Shown in pieces: positions 1-9,914 of a stretch of DNA of 64,000 nucleotides. The notes below the pieces were generated by a model that made no database searches, was not told the origin of the DNA, and saw only the letters and a list, made by a program, of their open reading frames with translations. Source of the stretch: Candidatus Margulisiibacteriota bacterium (GTDB lineage Bacteria; Margulisbacteria; WOR-1; O2-12-FULL-45-9; XYB2-FULL-48-7); assembly GCA_018822365.1 (NCBI GenBank), contig JAHJKL010000042.1:1077-65076 (forward strand). The letters run 5' to 3'. The position numbers and the translations under genes were made by a program. Every line of letters begins with the position of its first letter. Within the stretch, counting starts at the first letter, position 1.

Positions 1-411
1 GTTAAAATAGAAAAGGAGATCCGCTCGCTTGAAGAAAAAAATGCTTCCAGGTCAGGCGGAGAACTTGCCGCCTCCGCGACCGAGATCAACGGACGCAAGG
101 TCTTGCTTAAAGAATTTAACGATCTTTCTATGGAAAGTTTAAGGCTTTTCTCCGATTCGCTCCAAAGCACCCTCAAATCAGCGGTCATCCTCCTCTGTTC
201 GACCGCAAACGAAAAGCTGGTCTATCTGATCACCGTTTCACCAGACCTGATCACCCCTCAATTGTCGGCCAAAGTGCTGGCCGGTATCTTTGCCGGCGTG
301 GTTGGCGGCAGGGGGGGAGGGAAAGAGACCAAGGCTGAAGGGGGAGGGAAGGAAACGGTAAAAGTTGCCGAAGCGCTTGCTAAAGTCGGCGATTACCTTA
401 AAACCTTATGA
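1..411 (+). CDS. alaS: alanine--tRNA ligase, C-terminal fragment (5' end lies upstream of the window)
   Basis: Frame 1 is open from base 1. The C-terminal Gly-rich GGRGGGK...GGGKE motif and the KVGDYLK ending are typical of AlaRS tails. The stop overlaps the ruvX start (ATGA). Confidence 0.6.
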   Translation, partial: VKIEKEIRSLEEKNASRSGGELAASATEINGRKVLLKEFNDLSMESLRLFSDSLQSTLKSAVILLCSTANEKLVYLITVSPDLITPQLSAKVLAGIFAGVVGGRGGGKETKAEGGGKETVKVAEALAKVGDYLKTL

Positions 412-839
412 ACAGGATCATGGCAATTGATCTTGGGACAAAACGGATCGGCATCGCAGTTTCCGATCTCCTTGGGTTAACCGCCCAACCGGCAACTGTC
501 CTGGAAAAAAAGGCGGACGGAAGCGAACTTGATGATTTGGCCAAGCTTATTGATAAGTACGGCAATGTCAGTGAGCTGTTGGTCGGACTGCCAAAGACCT
601 TGAAAGGGGAAGAAGGTCCTGCCGCGCAAAACGCCAGATCATTTGCCGAACAACTGAAAGAAAGATTCAAGCTTAAAGTCACCCTTTGGGACGAGCGTCT
701 GACCACCGCCGCCGCGACCAAGTTCCTGATCAGCGCGGGGGTTTCCCGGGCGGATCGAAAAAAGGTGATCGATAAAAGTGCCGCGGCCGGGATACTGCAG
801 AACTATTTGGATAGATTGGGAAAGCGGGAAAGCACTTAG
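408..839 (+). CDS. ruvX: Holliday-junction resolvase-like protein YqgF/RuvX
   Basis: The N-terminus MAIDLGTKRIGIAVSD matches the RNase H-fold YqgF signature. The alaS-ruvX-mltG order is conserved. Confidence 0.8.
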   Translation: MNRIMAIDLGTKRIGIAVSDLLGLTAQPATVLEKKADGSELDDLAKLIDKYGNVSELLVGLPKTLKGEEGPAAQNARSFAEQLKERFKLKVTLWDERLTTAAATKFLISAGVSRADRKKVIDKSAAAGILQNYLDRLGKREST

Positions 840-861
840 CGGTAAACATATGAAAGATACC

Positions 862-887
862 TAACCGCGCACTTAAGTGCGCGGTTA
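862..887. repeat. perfect palindrome TAACCGCGCAC-TTAA-GTGCGCGGTTA (family copy A)
   Basis: Read directly from the sequence: 10-bp GC-rich arms around a TTAA centre, sitting in the ruvX-mltG intergenic gap. Confidence 0.85.
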
Positions 888-894
888 AAAGATT

Positions 895-1893
895 ATGAAA
901 AACAATATTATACTAACAACCATCGCTTTTCTGATCGTTTGTCTTGCCTTTATCCTTCAGCCGGCCAATCCCTTTGACCGGCAAGGGACGCTGGTTGCGA
1001 TACCAGCCGGAAGTTCGGCAAAACAGATCAAGGCGATCCTGGCCCAAAAAAGGCTCTTGCCGCCACGGAGCAGCTTTCTTATATTACTTAGGCTATTCGG
1101 CCTGCAGGACAAGGTCAAAGCCGGCGAGTACCTGATCTCTCCATCCATGTTCCTTCCGGAGATCATTATAAAATTGGTGGCGAACGAAACAGTTCCGCCA
1201 AAGCAGATCAGGGTAACCTTTCCGGAAGGAAGTTCGATCTATAAAATGGGGGAGATCCTGAAAGCCTCCAGGTACCTGCAGTGGCAAGGCTTTCAAACGC
1301 TGGTCAATGAAGGGATTACGGCTGAACGCCGGGCAAAACATTACAAGATCTTCCGCTATATCTCAAGCGAATCGCCTGAGGGCTATCTTTTTCCCGATAC
1401 CTACGATTTTTTCCCGGAAGCAAGCTTAGATCTGGTCGTCGAGACAATGCTAAGGCGGTTTGAGGCGGTTATTCTCCCATTCTGGGATAAAGAAAAAGGC
1501 AAGACCAAGCTGACCCTTCATGAAATATTGACCCTTGCCTCGATCGTCGAGAAGGAGGCAAAGATCCCGGCGGAGAGACCGATCATTGCTTCGGTCTTTT
1601 ATAATCGATTAAAGATCGGGATGCCTCTAGCGGCCGACCCCACGGTCAAATATGCCTTGGAAAACCCGTCTAAAAAGGTCTTTTTAAACCAGTTGAACGT
1701 CGATTCACCTTACAATACATATAAGCGGGCAGGGCTTCCACCCGGCCCAATCTGCAACCCGGGACTTGATTCGATCAAAGCGGCGATAAATCCTGCTAAA
1801 ACCGACTTCCTGTTCTTTGTCGCGCGATCAGACGGAAGCCATAAGTTTAGTAAAAGCTTTGAAGAACATAAGAAGGCCAGAGGAAAGCGGTAG
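895..1893 (+). CDS. mltG: endolytic murein transglycosylase MltG (YceG-like)
   Basis: N-terminal transmembrane anchor followed by YceG-like domain motifs (GEYLISPSM..., PEGYLFPDTY...). Confidence 0.8.
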   Translation: MKNNIILTTIAFLIVCLAFILQPANPFDRQGTLVAIPAGSSAKQIKAILAQKRLLPPRSSFLILLRLFGLQDKVKAGEYLISPSMFLPEIIIKLVANETVPPKQIRVTFPEGSSIYKMGEILKASRYLQWQGFQTLVNEGITAERRAKHYKIFRYISSESPEGYLFPDTYDFFPEASLDLVVETMLRRFEAVILPFWDKEKGKTKLTLHEILTLASIVEKEAKIPAERPIIASVFYNRLKIGMPLAADPTVKYALENPSKKVFLNQLNVDSPYNTYKRAGLPPGPICNPGLDSIKAAINPAKTDFLFFVARSDGSHKFSKSFEEHKKARGKR

Positions 1894-1898
1894 TAGCG

Positions 1899-3458
1899 CT
1901 ATTCCCACTCAATAGTCGATGGCGGCTTTGAGGAAATGTCGTAGACCACACGGTTAATTTCCGGAGTTTCATTAATTATCCGATTGGAAATAATTTCGAG
2001 TAAATCGTAGGGGAGCCTGGCCCAATCGGCGGTCATTGCATCCTTGGACGTGACCGCCCGGACCGCTATAGTATTGAGATAGGTCCGTTTGTCCCCCATT
2101 ACCCCGACAGTCCTGATAGGGAGCAGGACACCAAAGGATTGCCATAATTCTTTGTAAAGACCAGCTTTTTTAACTTCGGAAACGATAATATCATCGACCG
2201 CTTGAAGGACCTTTACTCTTTCGGGTGTCACTTCTCCAATGATCCTGATCGCCAGACCCGGTCCGGGGAATGGCTGGCGGCTGATGATCTCATCCGGAAC
2301 ACCAAGTTCGCGGCCAAGCGTCCTGACCTCGTCTTTAAAAAGGAGCCGGAGCGGCTCAATAAGTTTAAAGCCCATTTTTTCCGGCAAACCGCCGACATTG
2401 TGGTGGGTTTTGATCTTTTTGGCTGCTTTCCCGGTTGTTGACCCTGGAACCGCGCTTTCTATAACGTCAGGATAAAGGGTTCCTTGGGCAAGAAATGGGA
2501 TCTGGCCAAGTTTTTTTGCTTCTTCTTCAAATGTCCGGATGAAATTCTCGCCGATCAGTCTCCTTTTCTGTTCCGGATCAATGATCCCGTTAAGCTTGCC
2601 AAAAAAACGAGTTGCAGCGTTAATATTGAGGAAGTTAACCTTGAATTTTTTTGTAAAGAGTTCGTCGATCTTTTTGGCTTCATTTTTACGCATGAACCCC
2701 TGATCAATAAACATGCAGATCAGCTGATCGCCGATCGCTTTGTGCATCAAGGCGGCGACAGTCGTTGAGTCGACCCCGCCGGAAAGGGCAAGGAGGACCT
2801 TTTCCCGGCCAACCTTTTCACGGATCGATCTCACTTGTTCTTCAATGAAATTCGCGGTCGTCCAGGTAGGCTGACAGCCGCAAACAACGTAAACAAAATT
2901 TTTGATAACCTCGATCCCTTTTGGCGTATGGACGACTTCGGGATGGAACTGGACGCCAAAGATCTTTTTAGACGGATCCCCGGCGGCCGCATATTTGGTG
3001 TTATCTGTGTGGGCGATCTGTTTAAAGCCGGGAGGGAGCTTCATGACCGTGTCGCCATGGCTCATCCAGCACTGTAAATTAGTGTCGAGTCCGGCAAAAA
3101 TATTTGCCTGGTCGTCGATCGTCAGATCTGCTTTGCCGTATTCTCGTTTTTTTCCTTCCTTAACTTCGCCGCCAAGATCTTTAGCCATCAGCTGCATCCC
3201 ATAACAAATGCCTAAGACCGGAATACCGGTTGTCCAAAGCTTTGGATCAGCCTTAGGTGCGTCTTCTTCATAGACCGACGCGGGGCCGCCGGAAATAATT
3301 ATTCCTTTGACCTCTTTTTTGATCAATTCAGCGACCGGGATATCGTGAGGGAAAACTTCGCAGTAGACATTGCATTCGCGGACGCGCCGGGCGATCAGCA
3401 GGGAATATTGAGCTCCAAAATCAAGGACCGCGATCAGATCATGTTTTTGCTGCGTCAT
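1899..3458 (-). CDS. guaA: GMP synthase (glutamine-hydrolysing)
   Basis: GATase-1 N-terminal domain (VLDFGAQYS, CYGMQ), ATP-pyrophosphatase SGGVDS motif, and the C-terminal ...IEWE ending. The start was set at ATG 3458 (MTQQK); a GTG at 3473 is an alternative. Confidence 0.9.
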   Translation of the reverse strand: MTQQKHDLIAVLDFGAQYSLLIARRVRECNVYCEVFPHDIPVAELIKKEVKGIIISGGPASVYEEDAPKADPKLWTTGIPVLGICYGMQLMAKDLGGEVKEGKKREYGKADLTIDDQANIFAGLDTNLQCWMSHGDTVMKLPPGFKQIAHTDNTKYAAAGDPSKKIFGVQFHPEVVHTPKGIEVIKNFVYVVCGCQPTWTTANFIEEQVRSIREKVGREKVLLALSGGVDSTTVAALMHKAIGDQLICMFIDQGFMRKNEAKKIDELFTKKFKVNFLNINAATRFFGKLNGIIDPEQKRRLIGENFIRTFEEEAKKLGQIPFLAQGTLYPDVIESAVPGSTTGKAAKKIKTHHNVGGLPEKMGFKLIEPLRLLFKDEVRTLGRELGVPDEIISRQPFPGPGLAIRIIGEVTPERVKVLQAVDDIIVSEVKKAGLYKELWQSFGVLLPIRTVGVMGDKRTYLNTIAVRAVTSKDAMTADWARLPYDLLEIISNRIINETPEINRVVYDISSKPPSTIEWE

Positions 3459-3489
3459 GGCACAGTATATCACAGAGTAAATATTTTTT

Positions 3490-3768
3490 TCAAATCATTT
3501 TGAGGCTGTGAACTTCACTATCGTGCCGATGCTCTTGCAGTTCGCTGTCGATATGCTCAACATAATGTTTAATATCTTTAACATCTTTCTCTAAATGATC
3601 AACCGATTTTTCTAAATTATTAACCGATTTATCTAAATTGTTAACCGATTTTTCTAAATTATTAACCGATTTATCGATCCTTAATACATCGCTTTTTGTC
3701 GCCATTGTTCCCAGGATCAAATCTAATTTTTCCCGCATTTCTTTTATTTTATTCTCCATTTTACCCAA
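3490..3768 (-). CDS. small coiled-coil protein with heptad repeats KSVNNLE x3-5
   Basis: Strong RBS GAGGAGG upstream. In-frame 21-bp tandem repeats. It sits between the IMPDH-like gene and guaA on the same strand. Confidence 0.5.
   Translation of the reverse strand: MGKMENKIKEMREKLDLILGTMATKSDVLRIDKSVNNLEKSVNNLDKSVNNLEKSVDHLEKDVKDIKHYVEHIDSELQEHRHDSEVHSLKMI
3598..3681. repeat. 4-5 tandem copies of a 21-bp unit (TTAACCGATTTWTCTAAATTR) inside the CDS
   Basis: Direct reading of the sequence. The units encode the heptad KSVNNLE/KSVNNLD/KSVDHLE. Confidence 0.8.
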
Positions 3769-3830
3769 CCTCCTCTGTCTTCTGTCCCGCCTTCGATTCC
3801 GCCCTTTGTCTTGCCCTTTGCTCCGCTTTT

Positions 3831-4991
3831 TTACTTATACATTCCCAGCGACTGGGCTTTTTGATAAACCTTCCCTTCGGTCAGGATCGAAGGGGCAATG
3901 ACCACATCGACTTGCTGCATTTCTTTCAGATCAGCCGCTCCCAGTGTTCCCATCGAGGTCCGGAGGGCGCCGACAAAGTTCATTGAGCCGTCGTCGAATT
4001 TTGCCGGTCCATGAAGGATCTCTTTGAGCGGAGCGATCGTCCCGACCCGGATGCGCGAACCGCGCGGCAGGGTGGGTGAAGGGGTCGCCATTCCCCAGTG
4101 AAAACCGCCTCCGGGAGCTTCGGTCGCTTTGGCGATCGGGGAACCGATCATTACCGCGTCGGCGCCGCAGGCGATCGCTTTGCATACGTCTCCGCCGACT
4201 GCCATTCCGCCGTCGGCAATGATCGGGACATAAACATTGTTTTCTTTAAAATATGAATCGCGGGCGGCGGCGCAGTCGGCGATCGATGTTGCCATGGGAA
4301 CGCCAACCCCAAGTACACCGCGGGAAGTACAAGCTGCCCCCGGTCCAATACCAACCAGGACTCCAGCGACACCTGTGCCCATTAAAGTCAAAGCGACCTC
4401 ATAAGTAACGCAGTTGCCGACCAAAACCGGAACTTTCATCATCCTGCAGAATTCCTTGAGATCAAGGATCTTGGAGCCGGTTGATTTGTGCTTGGTCGAA
4501 AGGACTGTCGACTGAACGACAAAAATATCAACCCCCGCGTCACGGGCTATCTGGCCGAATTCCAGGGCATCCTGAGGAATGGAAGAGACCGCGGCGATCC
4601 CGCCGAGCGATTTGATCTCCTTGATCCGTTTAACGATCAGCTCTTTCTTGATCGGTTCAAGGTAGATCTTCTGCATCAACTCAACATATTTTTCTTTTTC
4701 GACCAGGGAGATCTCTTTAAGCACCTTTTCCGCGTCTTCGTACCGGGTCCAAACCCCGTGCAGATTGAGGACCCCGAGACCGCCGTTCTTGCTCATCAGC
4801 ACTGCGGTTTTGGGGCTGATCACGCCATCCATGGCCGAAGCAATGATCGGGATCTCAAGCTTCTTCCCGCCGATAGAGACCGAAACATCGGTATCTTCAG
4901 GATTTATGGTAACTATAGAAGGGACGAGGGAAATTTCGTCAAAACCGTAAACTCGACGGGTCTTTTTTGATTTACCAAGTGAAATATCCAT
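3831..4991 (-). CDS. guaB: IMP dehydrogenase family protein lacking the CBS/Bateman insert
   Basis: TIM-barrel IMPDH motifs are present (GIGPGAACTSRG catalytic loop, IIADGG). The length is 386 aa rather than about 490. GGAGG RBS upstream. Confidence 0.75.
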   Translation of the reverse strand: MDISLGKSKKTRRVYGFDEISLVPSIVTINPEDTDVSVSIGGKKLEIPIIASAMDGVISPKTAVLMSKNGGLGVLNLHGVWTRYEDAEKVLKEISLVEKEKYVELMQKIYLEPIKKELIVKRIKEIKSLGGIAAVSSIPQDALEFGQIARDAGVDIFVVQSTVLSTKHKSTGSKILDLKEFCRMMKVPVLVGNCVTYEVALTLMGTGVAGVLVGIGPGAACTSRGVLGVGVPMATSIADCAAARDSYFKENNVYVPIIADGGMAVGGDVCKAIACGADAVMIGSPIAKATEAPGGGFHWGMATPSPTLPRGSRIRVGTIAPLKEILHGPAKFDDGSMNFVGALRTSMGTLGAADLKEMQQVDVVIAPSILTEGKVYQKAQSLGMYK

Positions 4992-5004
4992 TTTATTCCT
5001 CCAA

Positions 5005-6063
5005 TTATGGTTTTTCCGCGATCTTGCCGGTCAAATAAATGACCCGTCCGTCACGGTATACTTTAACTTTTATCTCAGCGCCGGGATTCAGCGCGGCTAT
5101 AGCTTCGTGCATATCATTAGCGGTTGAAACTTTAACGCCGTTGACCTCCCGAAAAACATCGAATTTCCTGAGTCCCATCGTTTGGGCAGGACTACCATTG
5201 ATGATGTCCAGAATTACCGCACCATCTAACATCGGGAGGTCCAAATAATTTGCGACCCGGCCGTCAACATCCTGCATGTAAACCCCCAGCCAGCCGCGGA
5301 TAACCCGGCCATTATCGATCAGGGCTTGCACGATCTCGTTGGCTGCGTTGACCGGTATCGCAAACCCAATACCCTGTGCGCCGGAAACGATCGCCACGTT
5401 GACCCCGATCACTTCCCCTGATAAATTAAGAAGCGGACCGCCGGAATTTCCCGGATTAATGGCTGCGTCAATTTGGATCAAGTTCTTTTTCCCAAGATCA
5501 CCCAGCACCCGCCCGGTCGCGCTGATGATCCCGGCGGTGACGCTGTTGGAAAAACCATAAGGATTGCCAATGGCAATGACCCATTCTCCCGGCCGTAAGC
5601 TGGCCGAATCACCAAGCGGCAGGATCGGCAGCTCTGCCCCCTGCGGATCGATCTTGACGATCGCGATATCAAGGTCGGGGTCAGCGCCGGCTATCTTGCC
5701 GTTATATTTTTTGCCGTTTCGCGCGGTAACAATGATCTCGGCAGCGCCTCGAACAACATGTTCGTTGGTCATGATGTAACCACGTTTATCGATAATAAAA
5801 CCGGAACCGGCGCCTCGCTGGGGGATTATCCGCTCACGGGAAAAACTCCTGAATTCCGGCATCACCCCAAAAAAATCGTTCGTATTAAAAAAAGGGGAGG
5901 TGCGGATCCTGACATTTTTGATGATATCAATGTTAACGACCGCGTCTCCTTCGTTCTGGACAATGTCGGCGATCGTTCCCTGATCGATGGGGCTGGACTG
6001 GGCAAAGGCAACAGCCGCGCAAAAGAGAGAAAAAACAAGAAAGTTTGCCAATTTTCTGGTCAT
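5005..6063 (-). CDS. htrA: HtrA/DegP-family periplasmic serine protease (trypsin fold plus PDZ)
   Basis: Signal peptide; catalytic triad context (TNEHVV, GNSGGPL); a C-terminal PDZ-like region; AGGAGG RBS. Confidence 0.85.
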   Translation of the reverse strand: MTRKLANFLVFSLFCAAVAFAQSSPIDQGTIADIVQNEGDAVVNIDIIKNVRIRTSPFFNTNDFFGVMPEFRSFSRERIIPQRGAGSGFIIDKRGYIMTNEHVVRGAAEIIVTARNGKKYNGKIAGADPDLDIAIVKIDPQGAELPILPLGDSASLRPGEWVIAIGNPYGFSNSVTAGIISATGRVLGDLGKKNLIQIDAAINPGNSGGPLLNLSGEVIGVNVAIVSGAQGIGFAIPVNAANEIVQALIDNGRVIRGWLGVYMQDVDGRVANYLDLPMLDGAVILDIINGSPAQTMGLRKFDVFREVNGVKVSTANDMHEAIAALNPGAEIKVKVYRDGRVIYLTGKIAEKP

Positions 6064-6335
6064 TTTTTCCCTCCTTTTTTCTTAGCCTTCTTTTCTTTGG
6101 CCCTTTGTTTCGCCGCCTCGATCATGTTTTCGAATTCTTCCATGATCGGCTCCGGTATCCAGTTTTCGCCGCAAGTCTGGCAAACATAGGCGGGAACCCC
6201 TTCCATCATGTAAAGCTTTCCTCCCTGATAATCTTCGAGGTTAACCTTTTCAAAATTAAGCGGTCCGCCACAGGCCTGGCATTCGCTCGGAGCGGCTTCT
6301 TCGTTCAGATCTTTAAGACCATTTTTGTCTGCCAT
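6060..6335 (-). CDS. YgiT-type (MqsA N-domain-like) zinc-finger protein with a Lys-rich tail
   Basis: Pattern CxxCG...E.V..Y.G....GVPA.VCxxCGE. No HTH domain. A 4-bp overlap with htrA. Confidence 0.5.
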   Translation of the reverse strand: MADKNGLKDLNEEAAPSECQACGGPLNFEKVNLEDYQGGKLYMMEGVPAYVCQTCGENWIPEPIMEEFENMIEAAKQRAKEKKAKKKGGKK

Positions 6336-6348
6336 TGGGTTGGGGTGA

Positions 6349-6861
6349 TTATACTAAAAAATGAGAGGAGGTGCAAGGGAAGTGGTCAGAGCACAGAAAA
6401 AAGTTTATCAAGCCAGCCATTAGTTTGCAGGTGAACAATATACTCGGATGAAGCGGAAGGGAAATAATCGCTCTCGGCGGGAGCTGAGCAAGGACCAGAG
6501 GTAAAAGCTTGGTATTGGCAAAAACTTCCAATTTGCGATCGTCCCAACCGGTGGAAAGCTGGTCCAAAACCGCTGTCGCTTTCCGGTTTCCATCAGCTGC
6601 CAGTTCCGCGACCTTTTTGACCATAATATTCCATTTAAAATCAGGGCGGAGGGCCAGTTTCAGGACCGCTTCAGGCTCGGATGAGTCCAGCCTCGGTTCC
6701 AATTGGCCATCGAAGTACAGCTTTGCCAAATACTTGGCAGAAGCAAAGGGGAGATCGGTGTCGCAATTTCCCGGCTTTCGTTCAGATCGACGGGGCGGGA
6801 CCGAAACGATCTTAACCTTTCCGTAACCGGCAAAACGCTGTAATTTTTTAATAATACTCAT
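6349..6861 (-). CDS. hypothetical protein; the C-terminal third is low-complexity, so the start/extent is uncertain and it may be degraded
   Basis: An ORF with no recognisable motif. It ends 13 bp upstream of the zinc-finger gene. No obvious RBS. Confidence 0.3.
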   Translation of the reverse strand: MSIIKKLQRFAGYGKVKIVSVPPRRSERKPGNCDTDLPFASAKYLAKLYFDGQLEPRLDSSEPEAVLKLALRPDFKWNIMVKKVAELAADGNRKATAVLDQLSTGWDDRKLEVFANTKLLPLVLAQLPPRAIISLPLHPSILFTCKLMAGLINFFLCSDHFPCTSSHFLV

Positions 6862-6933
6862 GTTAAATTGATATCAGTGAATCTATCAAGAAATTTCATC
6901 GCTTATATTTATTCTTTGAATATTTTCCTCTAA

Positions 6934-6962
6934 TTGCCGGTCACTTTTCTTTATGATATACT
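6934..6962 (+). promoter_or_regulatory. putative sigma70 promoter for glyA (TTGCCG-17 bp-TATACT)
   Basis: Hexamer spacing read from the sequence. It lies about 25 bp upstream of the glyA RBS GGGGAG. Confidence 0.4.
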
Positions 6963-6986
6963 AGGCCCACAAGAGGGGAGATCAGT

Positions 6987-8234
<1,248 letters not shown>

Positions 8235-8312
8235 AACCGACTTGGAGAAACTATTAACCTGTGGCTGAACGCCGCGGTAAACAATGATATTTATTCTCGG
8301 GTTAAACAATAA

Positions 8313-8996
8313 ATGATTGAATTGATAAACGTAACCAAGAGCTTCGCGAATGGGATCCATGCCCTTAACGGGATTAATCTGCATATCGGCAAAGAAGAGT
8401 TTGTTTTTCTGGTCGGCTCGTCCGGGGCGGGAAAGACCACTTTAATGAAAATGCTTTACCGCGACGAGATCCCCACGTCAGGTAAAGTGATCGTCGACCG
8501 GATCAACGTTACCGAGCTTGATGCCAGCCAGATCCCTTATCTGCGCCGTAATATTGGAATTGTTTTCCAGGATTTCAAACTTTTACCTAAAAGGACCGTA
8601 TACGAGAATGTTGCCTTTGCCCTTAGGGTTACCGGAGCCCTTCGCTCGACCATCCGACGCAAAACCATGCAGGCCCTGGAGCTTGTTGGACTGCTTCGAC
8701 GGGTCAACTCTTTTCCCGACGAGCTCTCCGGCGGGGAAAAACAGCGGTCGTGCATAGCCAGGGCGATCGTCAATAATCCGCCGATCCTTTTGGCTGACGA
8801 ACCAACCGGCAACCTTGACCCGGCTACCTCATGGGACATTCTTCAACTTCTCGATAAGATCAACAAACGGAATACCACCGTGGTCGTTTCGACCCACAAC
8901 AAGAACATTGTCGATGAAATGAAGAAGCGGGTCATTGAACTTGAGGGGGGGAGGCTGGTCCGCGACCAGCAATTAGGGACTTATCATGTTAAGTAG
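8313..8996 (+). CDS. ftsE: cell-division ABC ATPase FtsE
   Basis: Walker A GSSGAGKTT, the LSGGEKQR signature, and the Walker B region; followed by ftsX. Confidence 0.9.
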   Translation: MIELINVTKSFANGIHALNGINLHIGKEEFVFLVGSSGAGKTTLMKMLYRDEIPTSGKVIVDRINVTELDASQIPYLRRNIGIVFQDFKLLPKRTVYENVAFALRVTGALRSTIRRKTMQALELVGLLRRVNSFPDELSGGEKQRSCIARAIVNNPPILLADEPTGNLDPATSWDILQLLDKINKRNTTVVVSTHNKNIVDEMKKRVIELEGGRLVRDQQLGTYHVK

Positions 8997-9876
8997 CCTT
9001 GAGTTTTTTATTGTTGAAGCGTTTCGCTCGATCCGCCGATCGGCACTAATGAGCTTTGTCGCCATTGCTACCATTATTGTTTCACTGACCATTTTCGGGC
9101 TATTTCTCCTGTTGATCATGAACCTGGGAAATATAGTCGGGGGGATATCTTCGCGAATGGACCTTGTCGCCTATATTTACAAAGACCTTTCTCTTGATGA
9201 CGCCGGAATGATCCAGATAAAGATATCTAATATTCCAGGTGTTGAAAAGGTCGAATTTACTTCAAAAACTGAAGCATGGAATAACTTTAAAGATGAATTT
9301 AACAGCAAACTGAACTTGAATGATGTTGTTTATGACAATCCTCTGCCGCACACGTATATGGTGAGGGTCAGGAACGCCGACATGCTCCCCCAGGTTGCCA
9401 AAGAGATCTCTTCGATCGATGTTGTTGATGAAGTTAGGTATAATGGGAAGTTGATCCAGCAGATAAAATCTTTGATCAGTGCGGTTCGGGTTGGAGGGAC
9501 CGCGCTAGTGGTCATGCTGTCCCTGGCCACACTACTTATAGTGGTTAATACGATCAGGTTAACGGTTATTGCCAGAGAAACCGATATTTATATAATGAAA
9601 CTGGTTGGCGCGACCGATAATTTTGTTAAATGGCCGTTCATTATTGAAGGGATCATTATTGGGGTGATCGGAGGGCTAACCTCTCTACTTATTCTAAAGC
9701 TTTCATATGAAGCGGTTGTCTCCCGTATTCTGCAAGCCCTGCCGTTTTTACCGCTAATAACAGATTACGGCTTGCTGCTGGCCATTTACACCACTATGTT
9801 TTTCGGCGGAACTGCCCTGGGAATGATCGGTGGCTACATTTCCGTGTCGCGCGTCCTGAAAGACGAAATGCAATAA
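8986..9876 (+). CDS. ftsX: cell-division permease-like protein FtsX
   Basis: An N-terminal FtsX motif (EAFRSIRR) and four predicted transmembrane helices. Overlaps ftsE. Confidence 0.85.
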   Translation: MLSSLEFFIVEAFRSIRRSALMSFVAIATIIVSLTIFGLFLLLIMNLGNIVGGISSRMDLVAYIYKDLSLDDAGMIQIKISNIPGVEKVEFTSKTEAWNNFKDEFNSKLNLNDVVYDNPLPHTYMVRVRNADMLPQVAKEISSIDVVDEVRYNGKLIQQIKSLISAVRVGGTALVVMLSLATLLIVVNTIRLTVIARETDIYIMKLVGATDNFVKWPFIIEGIIIGVIGGLTSLLILKLSYEAVVSRILQALPFLPLITDYGLLLAIYTTMFFGGTALGMIGGYISVSRVLKDEMQ

Positions 9877-9914
9877 TAACCGGAGGAAGTTTATTCCGGG
9901 TAAAGGAGAAGGTT

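Noticed and set aside
862-887. Palindrome family as rho-independent terminators
   Set aside because: No U-tract follows the hairpin in either orientation for most copies. Several have a T-run before and an A-run after, the reverse of a terminator.
3598-3681. Tandem 21-bp repeats as a possible CRISPR array
   Set aside because: The units are contiguous with no spacers, in frame within a CDS that has a strong RBS, and encode a heptad motif.
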